Part shown: positions 57,634-64,000 of the stretch, one piece after another
Layout: every line of letters begins with the position of its first letter
Numbering within the stretch: the stretch's first letter is position 1
Virus record (IMG/VR): IMGVR_UViG_3300042997_001281
Span: 117,394 to 181,393 of that record
From: a virus
Taxonomy: Duplodnaviria > Heunggongvirae > Uroviricota > Caudoviricetes
DNA: 64,000 bases
Reading direction: 5' to 3' (one strand)
The notes under the pieces: model-generated
The model's database searches: none
What the model saw: only the letters and a program-made list of their open reading frames with translations
What the model was told of the DNA's origin: nothing
Program-made: the position numbers and the translations under genes

Positions 57634-59546
57634 TGAGAGGAGTTTTAGTAGGAACTGATTACATACAGGATACGGACGGTAGTTTCAAAATACTTGAAAT
57701 TAATACCAACGTTGGATTTGTTTTTTCTGATTGTAGAGAATACATTAATGAGGTTGCGTTTGATAATTTTTTGATTGACAATGAGATAACAAAAATTACC
57801 TACCTTCTAAATAAAGAATTACCGGGTCAGTATGGTGATTTGGATGAAAACAATAACGTTAATTACGGTACATTATATACATTTCAAGATTTTTTATTTG
57901 ATAAATGTGCTGATAAGGGAATTTCATTACACATTGAGGTCATATCCCCAAGGGCAATCACTGTTCCATATATTGAAAACTCCCCAAATGAATTAATTTT
58001 AAGACAGGTTTATGATACAACCGCGTTAGTTGATTCAACATACGCAAAGGACAACTTTGAGTTTTTAAAATTAATGTACGATACGGAGTCAACTTCAATA
58101 CCTAAAACATATTTTATAAATGGGACACTGGGGTTTGACACCATCGGTAGTGATATTCGAGACAATGGGGTTCATCCTAATTTTATTATAAAGGAAAGAT
58201 ACCCAACAACAAATTATGGGATATACCCAAAAGTTTTTAAAATAGACACAATTGAAGAACTAGAAACTTTAAAAACTAATTTACCTGAAAATACACTATT
58301 ACAAGAATATATCGTTAACACGGATAATTTGGTTTTAGGTAAACAGGTAACATATAGAACCATCGATGTTTTATATGGCGATACTCTTAGTATTTTAAAC
58401 CTATTCCAACCATTTGAACAAACAAACCCTTGCCCATTATCAGTTTCAGTAGATTACGACGATAACAACGAGATACAATATTGGGAAAGACCTGTTTATT
58501 TACAAAAACACCAAAACTCACTTATATATAATGTTTTATATCACTTAGATGATAATAGTTTTATTTTAAAATCTGACGGTACATTTGTTAATGGAACAAC
58601 CATACAAATTGATGACGATGTTAAATCAGCAAATTTGTATGAGTTACCATTGACCGGTGTTACCACATCATGGTCGGCAACAACTGAAAATGTTTTAACA
58701 GGTTCAACGATAGGTTTTTCAAAAGTTAAAAACATTTCAAAATATGAAAATGTATTGATTTGGGTTAGGAGAATTGAATTGGAAGACGGTATTATTTTTT
58801 CTGACGTACCGAACTCATCAATTGCGGTGGACAATAATGGCATAACAAAATATAAAAAATATCAATTCTTAGAGGTTGGAGATGGTGTTGTTTTATATGA
58901 TATGGATACAGAAAGTTTTGTTATAAAAAATATTTTGAACATTAAATTCCAATTCACAAAACAAAATGTATCGACACTCGACATAGAAGATATAGATAAC
59001 TATATGGTTGTCGAAGAAGAAAACAATCAACCAAGATTTGCGTCAGTACAATCAAACGCTGGTGTTTGTGCTTCTTTTTATCAACCATCTTACGGTAACT
59101 TTCCTTCACAACCCAACCCCCCTAATCAAAATAATTTAAGAAATGGTTTTGGTGGTAATTGTAACGATTTACCTCCGATGGTTGAATGGGGTGAAAGGGG
59201 CCAACCGAATTGTAGTTGGTCTTGTACTCAACCATGTGAGCCATTTCCACCAGGGTATGACCCAATGAGTATCCCAATGACCCCACAATGGTACGTTTAT
59301 TTTTATGGGGCAAACAGAAGTGATTGTGAAAGACAAATGCCATACAGCGGTCCCCTTCCAACTTATACGTGTAATTATTGTGATTATTTTTGTTGTGCTG
59401 GTGAGTTGACAACTCAAACATTTGGACCAGTTGATTGTTCAATAACTTCCTATCCACCACAATATGTTTTAAGATACGACCCCCCCTCAGGCCCGGGAGA
59501 ATTTTTTACTTGTGAAACGAGTAACACAAAAGAACATGGAGCGTAA
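57633..59546 (+). CDS. Permuted ATP-grasp-like domain + degenerate Hint-like domain + Cys/Pro-rich C-terminal region
   Basis: D..KILEINTN, NFIIKERYP, LLQEYI; Hint-like aa 304-475 ending VQSN; last 162 aa contain 12 Cys. Confidence 0.5.
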   Translation: MRGVLVGTDYIQDTDGSFKILEINTNVGFVFSDCREYINEVAFDNFLIDNEITKITYLLNKELPGQYGDLDENNNVNYGTLYTFQDFLFDKCADKGISLHIEVISPRAITVPYIENSPNELILRQVYDTTALVDSTYAKDNFEFLKLMYDTESTSIPKTYFINGTLGFDTIGSDIRDNGVHPNFIIKERYPTTNYGIYPKVFKIDTIEELETLKTNLPENTLLQEYIVNTDNLVLGKQVTYRTIDVLYGDTLSILNLFQPFEQTNPCPLSVSVDYDDNNEIQYWERPVYLQKHQNSLIYNVLYHLDDNSFILKSDGTFVNGTTIQIDDDVKSANLYELPLTGVTTSWSATTENVLTGSTIGFSKVKNISKYENVLIWVRRIELEDGIIFSDVPNSSIAVDNNGITKYKKYQFLEVGDGVVLYDMDTESFVIKNILNIKFQFTKQNVSTLDIEDIDNYMVVEEENNQPRFASVQSNAGVCASFYQPSYGNFPSQPNPPNQNNLRNGFGGNCNDLPPMVEWGERGQPNCSWSCTQPCEPFPPGYDPMSIPMTPQWYVYFYGANRSDCERQMPYSGPLPTYTCNYCDYFCCAGELTTQTFGPVDCSITSYPPQYVLRYDPPSGPGEFFTCETSNTKEHGA

Positions 59547-59564
59547 AATTAAAAAATTAAAACT

Positions 59565-59714
59565 ATGAGTACAGAAGTAAACAAAAACAAACTATATACC
59601 GCTCAAGAATATAAAATGTTCTTGAAAAAGGTTTCAGAACCTAAAAAGGTAATTTTAAAGAATTTAACGACACAAATTGTTAATGCAATTAAACTTAAAC
59701 ATCTTGGAGAGTAA
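59565..59714 (+). CDS. 49-aa basic peptide; not in the ORF track
   Basis: MSTEVNKNKLYTAQEYKMFLKKVSEPKKVILKNLTTQIVNAIKLKHLGE with A-rich leader. Confidence 0.45.
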   Translation: MSTEVNKNKLYTAQEYKMFLKKVSEPKKVILKNLTTQIVNAIKLKHLGE

Positions 59715-60171
59715 GCCAATTTGATTCTTTAAAGCCCATTCTCGTAAAAAAAGTTTGGGCTTTTTTATGCCATTTATCCACGTAAAGGTGAACATCGGTG
59801 TAACCTTCCTTAGATAATATATCCATCACCATACAAACATAAGTTGTACTATCACATAACTCTTTGTTATGTTTGGTTTTATCCACAAACACATTATATA
59901 TGTATATATGTGGTTCAGGAAGATGTTTTTTTGAAACCCACGTATGTCCCACAACCTCACCATTCAGATAAAATAAGAACAGTCTATCACCATAATCCAT
60001 TCTTAATTCGGTTTCTTGTATGGTAAACATCATATCCCATGTGTATTGGGAATTAAAATTGTCAATTGTTTTTTGGATATCCGAGTGATTCGGTTCTAGT
60101 ATTTCTTCCACAACTAATTGTGTATTTTCACTATAAATTCTGTTTTGAATGTTTAGACTATAAGGGACCAT
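59695..60171 (-). CDS. GNAT-family acetyltransferase
   Basis: YLNGEVVGH, IYIYNVFVD, LYVDKWHKKAQTFFTRMGF. Confidence 0.7.
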   Translation of the reverse strand: MVPYSLNIQNRIYSENTQLVVEEILEPNHSDIQKTIDNFNSQYTWDMMFTIQETELRMDYGDRLFLFYLNGEVVGHTWVSKKHLPEPHIYIYNVFVDKTKHNKELCDSTTYVCMVMDILSKEGYTDVHLYVDKWHKKAQTFFTRMGFKESNWLTLQDV

Positions 60172-60267
60172 CGATATTTATAATAGATTACTAAGAATAA
60201 ATAACAAGCAAAGGGATAAAGAACGGACATTTGAAGTATTTATCTAATAAAATAATAAGAACTTTAC

Positions 60268-63200
60268 ATGAGAATATTTGACGCAGACGTAACGGGGTCG
60301 TTACACGTATCGGGTTCATCAGAATTAAAAGGTAACTTGGTTGTTAGTGGTTCACAAACTATTACAGGTTCTTTGACTGTTGATGGAAACACCAAGTTCG
60401 GAGACCAATTAAGTGATAATCATAATTTTACTGGTAGTGTTAACATTTCCGGCTCACATACATTAACGGGTTCTCTAAATCTTTTAGGAAATCAATTTGT
60501 AAGTGGTTCAGTTTATATTCTTAATGATTTAATTGTACACGGTTCATCATCGGTACTTTACTTGACCGCATCACAACTTGCAGTTAGTGAATCATACATT
60601 AGTGTAAACGTTTTTGAACCGTTAGAGAGATTCGGAGGTATTAAAGTATACGATTCGGGTTCATCTAATGCGACTGCATCTCTTACATGGGATAGTGAAA
60701 AAAATCATTGGGTTTACACTAACACGGTCGACTCCATGTATAGTGGTGGTATGTTAATTTCAGGTCCAAGAAACACAGGTTCTCTTGGTGATGAAGTTGG
60801 TACCATAAATAATAGAGTAACAAAAGGTCAAGGTGGTGACCACATCACCTCTTCAAATATTACAGATACGGGTACAATCGTATCAATCAATAGTAATTCT
60901 GAAATTACAGGTTCATTAATTGTAACCAACGGTTTATCGGGTTCATTAGGTTATTCATACCTTATTAATGTACCAACATTAGTATCGGGTTCATCTCAAA
61001 TTTCTTATAGTGGATTGACGGGAATACCTTCTAATATCATTAGTGGTTCCGCTCAGATATATTCTCTTGGTTTCCTAACAGGTTACACAGATACAAATAC
61101 ATTTACAACTGGTGCAACGTTTAACACCGGAGATGGTGTCATCACGTTTACAAAAAACGATGGTGGAACATACACCGTTGACATTGATGGAAGATTCCAA
61201 CCCGCTGGTTCATATCTAACAGGATACACCGAAACGGATACATTTGATAATGTAACAGACAGAGGTTCGGTAACAACAAATACAATCGAAGTTGGTGGAT
61301 TAACAACAAACGGTGACATCCAATTTGGACCTGTTGCTGATAATAATGTTAATTACTCAATTAAGAGTGGTGGACAAATTAATATCCACTCAAATAACCA
61401 AGGTACCGCCGACCAATTCTTTAGTAATTTAGTTTTAAAGGCGGGTGATGGAAGCACACAAAGTGTTTTCAATATTGGTGGAAGTAACGCATCAACACCT
61501 AACCAAGGATTATGGTATACATTTGGTGGAAGTGAATACTTCCGTTTAAGTAATAATGGTACAACAAGATTCAATGCATATTCAACAAATGGTTTCGTTA
61601 AGTTTATTAACTCAGATGGTACATTAGGTGTTGACACAAACACATATTTAACATCAACATCACTTAATGGTTATGCAACTACAGGTTACGTACAAACACA
61701 AATTACTAACCTAATTGATTCGTCACCATCAACATTAGATACCTTAAATGAATTGGCAGCGGCGTTAGGGGATGACCCTAACTTCGCAACAACAGTCGCA
61801 ACATCAATTGGAAACAAAGTTTCTAAGAGTGGCGATACCATGACTGGTAACCTTAGTATCTTTAAGAATAATACAACACTTACATTAGGTCAAATTAACG
61901 TCTCAACCGGATTTACAACAATTGAAATGTATGCCGGTGATGGGGGTGCATTTAATGGGTACCTAATTAGATATAATAAGGATTCAAGTTTTGACCAATT
62001 AGAGTTCATCGATGGTGGTGGTGTTCCAAGAATTTTCTTTGAAAATGGTGGTATACTAAATGCCGCGACAATAAAAAAAATAGGTGGACTTTCAACGCAG
62101 TTCTTAAAGGCAGACGGTAGTGTTGATTCGAACACTTATTTAACCGCCCACCCTTCAGTAAGCGCTGCAGGTTCATCAAACAATTCAGGAAGAACATATA
62201 TCCAAGACATCTTATTAGATGGTTTTGGTCATATAACGGGAATCACAACTGCAACTGAAACCGTAACAGATACTAATGATTTTATTAGTGATGTTACTTT
62301 CGATGGTACTAATTTAACATTCACCGGTTCAGGTGGAGCGTTTAGTAGTCCGGTTGATATATCATCAGTTAACACCGATACAAACTATTACGTAACGGGA
62401 GCAACCTTCAATACCGGTAATGGTATTATTACGTTAACAAGAAACGATGGTGGAACTGTAACAGTTGATATTGATGGTAGATTCTTAACTTCATATAGTG
62501 AAACAGATACACTAGCAACAGTTACCGCAAGAGGTAACACAACCAACCAAGCAATCACTGTAAGTGGAATGACATCATATAATGATGTTGTAATTAGTGG
62601 TGGTACATTAACAGTTTACGAATCAGTATCGGGAGCAACCGTATTTGCGGTTGACGGTACAAATGGTAGATTGTTTGCGGTTACTGATGATTTAAGTAAT
62701 TCATTATTCTCAGTTAGTACAATTTCAGGTTTACCTGTGATTGAGGCATTTGCCGATTACCACATTGTAATGGGTAGATTTAATCAAAATGATTTCTACT
62801 TAGGAACAACAGGTGAGATTGGTATGGGATTACTACCTGTATCGGGATATAAATTGGCGGTGAGTGGAAATGTAAGAGCAACATCATTTGTTAAGAGTGG
62901 TGGAACATCATCTCAGTTCTTAAAGGCAGATGGTAGTGTTGATACAAATACATATTTAACTTCATACTTAAACTATTACACAACTGGTGTAACATTTAAC
63001 ACGGGCGACGGTGTTTTAACTTTCACAAGAACAGATGGTGGAACTTATACTGTTGATTTAGATGGAAGATATGGTGTATCAAGTACTGATTACTACACAA
63101 CAGGTGCAACCTTCAATACCAGTAACGGTGTAATTACATACACTCGTAACGACGGTGGAACATATACTGTTGATATCGATGGTAGGTTCTTAACATCGTA

Positions 63201-64000
63201 CAGTGAAATATCAACATTAGAGGATGTTGTTCAAAGAGGTAACACCTCAACAATATCAATAACTGCGGCATCATTCATTACCCAAGGAGGTAATAGTGGT
63301 GAGTTCGTTAAGGGTGATGGTTCGTTAGACACTAACACATATTTAACCGCACACCCTTCTGTATCTGCGGCAAGTTCTTCGAACAATAGTGGAAGAACAT
63401 ACATCCAAGACATACTTTTAGATTCATTTGGACATATAACAGGTATAACAACCGCAAGTGAAACAGTAACCGATACGAACTATTATGTAACGGGGGCAAC
63501 GTTCAACACAGGTGATGGGGTTATCACTTTAACAAGAAATGACGGAAACACAATCACCGTTGATATCGATGGTAGATTCTTAACCGCTCACCCTTCGGTG
63601 AGTGCGGCGAGTTCATCTGATAACTCAGGAAGAACATATATCCAAGACATCTTATTAGATTCATTTGGACATATTACAGGAATTACAACAGGTACTGAAA
63701 CGGTTGTTGATACAAATACAAATTACTATGTAACAGGAGCAACTTTCAATACAGGTAATGGTATTATTACACTTACACGTAATGACGGTAATACTGTAAC
63801 AGTTGATATCGATGGAAAGTATTCAGAATTGGGTCACACTCATGATGATAGATATCTTCCGTATGTTAAAAATGTAGAAACTTTGGGATTACCCGATGGT
63901 CGATGGTATACCATTGCGGTAAACACGGGGAGCAGAGCGGTTGGTAAATTTATTTTAAGAGACACCTCAAGTGGTAATCACCAATCAGTTGTGTTCTATG
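60268..64000 (+). CDS. Long modular tail fibre protein, 3'-truncated (over 1240 aa); not in the ORF track
   Basis: Frame open from ATG 60268 (MRIFDADVTGS); contains TLDTLNELAAALGDDPNFATT (P2/T4 fibre motif) at about 61735-61795; TATTTAT at 60237. Confidence 0.85.
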   Translation, partial: MRIFDADVTGSLHVSGSSELKGNLVVSGSQTITGSLTVDGNTKFGDQLSDNHNFTGSVNISGSHTLTGSLNLLGNQFVSGSVYILNDLIVHGSSSVLYLTASQLAVSESYISVNVFEPLERFGGIKVYDSGSSNATASLTWDSEKNHWVYTNTVDSMYSGGMLISGPRNTGSLGDEVGTINNRVTKGQGGDHITSSNITDTGTIVSINSNSEITGSLIVTNGLSGSLGYSYLINVPTLVSGSSQISYSGLTGIPSNIISGSAQIYSLGFLTGYTDTNTFTTGATFNTGDGVITFTKNDGGTYTVDIDGRFQPAGSYLTGYTETDTFDNVTDRGSVTTNTIEVGGLTTNGDIQFGPVADNNVNYSIKSGGQINIHSNNQGTADQFFSNLVLKAGDGSTQSVFNIGGSNASTPNQGLWYTFGGSEYFRLSNNGTTRFNAYSTNGFVKFINSDGTLGVDTNTYLTSTSLNGYATTGYVQTQITNLIDSSPSTLDTLNELAAALGDDPNFATTVATSIGNKVSKSGDTMTGNLSIFKNNTTLTLGQINVSTGFTTIEMYAGDGGAFNGYLIRYNKDSSFDQLEFIDGGGVPRIFFENGGILNAATIKKIGGLSTQFLKADGSVDSNTYLTAHPSVSAAGSSNNSGRTYIQDILLDGFGHITGITTATETVTDTNDFISDVTFDGTNLTFTGSGGAFSSPVDISSVNTDTNYYVTGATFNTGNGIITLTRNDGGTVTVDIDGRFLTSYSETDTLATVTARGNTTNQAITVSGMTSYNDVVISGGTLTVYESVSGATVFAVDGTNGRLFAVTDDLSNSLFSVSTISGLPVIEAFADYHIVMGRFNQNDFYLGTTGEIGMGLLPVSGYKLAVSGNVRATSFVKSGGTSSQFLKADGSVDTNTYLTSYLNYYTTGVTFNTGDGVLTFTRTDGGTYTVDLDGRYGVSSTDYYTTGATFNTSNGVITYTRNDGGTYTVDIDGRFLTSYSEISTLEDVVQRGNTSTISITAASFITQGGNSGEFVKGDGSLDTNTYLTAHPSVSAASSSNNSGRTYIQDILLDSFGHITGITTASETVTDTNYYVTGATFNTGDGVITLTRNDGNTITVDIDGRFLTAHPSVSAASSSDNSGRTYIQDILLDSFGHITGITTGTETVVDTNTNYYVTGATFNTGNGIITLTRNDGNTVTVDIDGKYSELGHTHDDRYLPYVKNVETLGLPDGRWYTIAVNTGSRAVGKFILRDTSSGNHQSVVFY
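61081..63832 (+). repeat. Interspersed internal repeat modules of the tail fibre
   Basis: Six YYxTGATFNTGxGxITxTRNDGxTxTVDIDGR units, three AHPSVSAA..GRTYIQDILLD.FGHITGITT units and three F(L/V)K.DGS.D.NTYL units, all diverged at synonymous sites. Confidence 0.85.

Noticed and set aside
58542-59057. Active protein-splicing intein
   Set aside because: It lacks N-terminal Cys/Ser, TxxH and the penultimate His, and the +1 residue is Ala, so splicing is not supported. It is retained only as a degenerate Hint-like domain.
61083-63413. Short minus-strand ORFs listed in the last 3 kb
   Set aside because: They are shadows of the long + strand fibre ORF from 60268, which the track omitted because it lacks a stop in the window.
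1-64000. Stop-codon reassignment (alternative genetic code)
   Set aside because: Long genes translate uninterrupted in code 11, and TAA, TGA and TAG all end plausible genes.
1-64000. tRNA, rRNA or tmRNA genes
   Set aside because: No cloverleaf or T-loop motif was found in the few intergenic gaps over 100 nt (6509-6656, 17410-17580, 23715-23857, 29530-29666).

Overview
A 64-kb segment of a large AT-rich dsDNA (jumbo-type) bacteriophage genome in the standard genetic code, almost entirely on the + strand. The host is probably Bacteroidota: TTTG-N19/20-TAnnT promoters, A-rich leaders without Shine-Dalgarno sites, and host-like ClpP, sigma70 and Hc1 genes. Layout: (1) 1-5.9 kb, Thr/Pro- and Cys-rich structural proteins and a baseplate-like protein; (2) 5.9-13.8 kb, replication/recombination (RuvC-like resolvase, primase, PD-(D/E)XK nuclease, split SbcD/SbcC, ClpP); (3) 13.8-26.7 kb, membrane/lysis-like genes, sigma factor, degenerate amidase, Hc1, adenine MTase, AAA ATPase, thioredoxin, glutaredoxin; (4) 26.8-45.4 kb, fibre genes then a 14-kb tandem array of 11 LamG-fold paralogs carrying different inserted or appended lectin-like domains; (5) 45.4-57.3 kb, a glycan synthesis/modification cluster including two GT7 enzymes with an internal LamG domain, radical SAM, UDP-glucose dehydrogenase and carbamoyltransferase; (6) 57.3-60.2 kb, an ATP-grasp-like/Hint-like/Cys-rich fusion locus; (7) 60.3 kb to the end, a modular tail fibre truncated by the window edge. 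No tRNA, rRNA, CRISPR array, transposase or reverse transcriptase was seen. All family assignments are by-eye motif recognition, not database searches.
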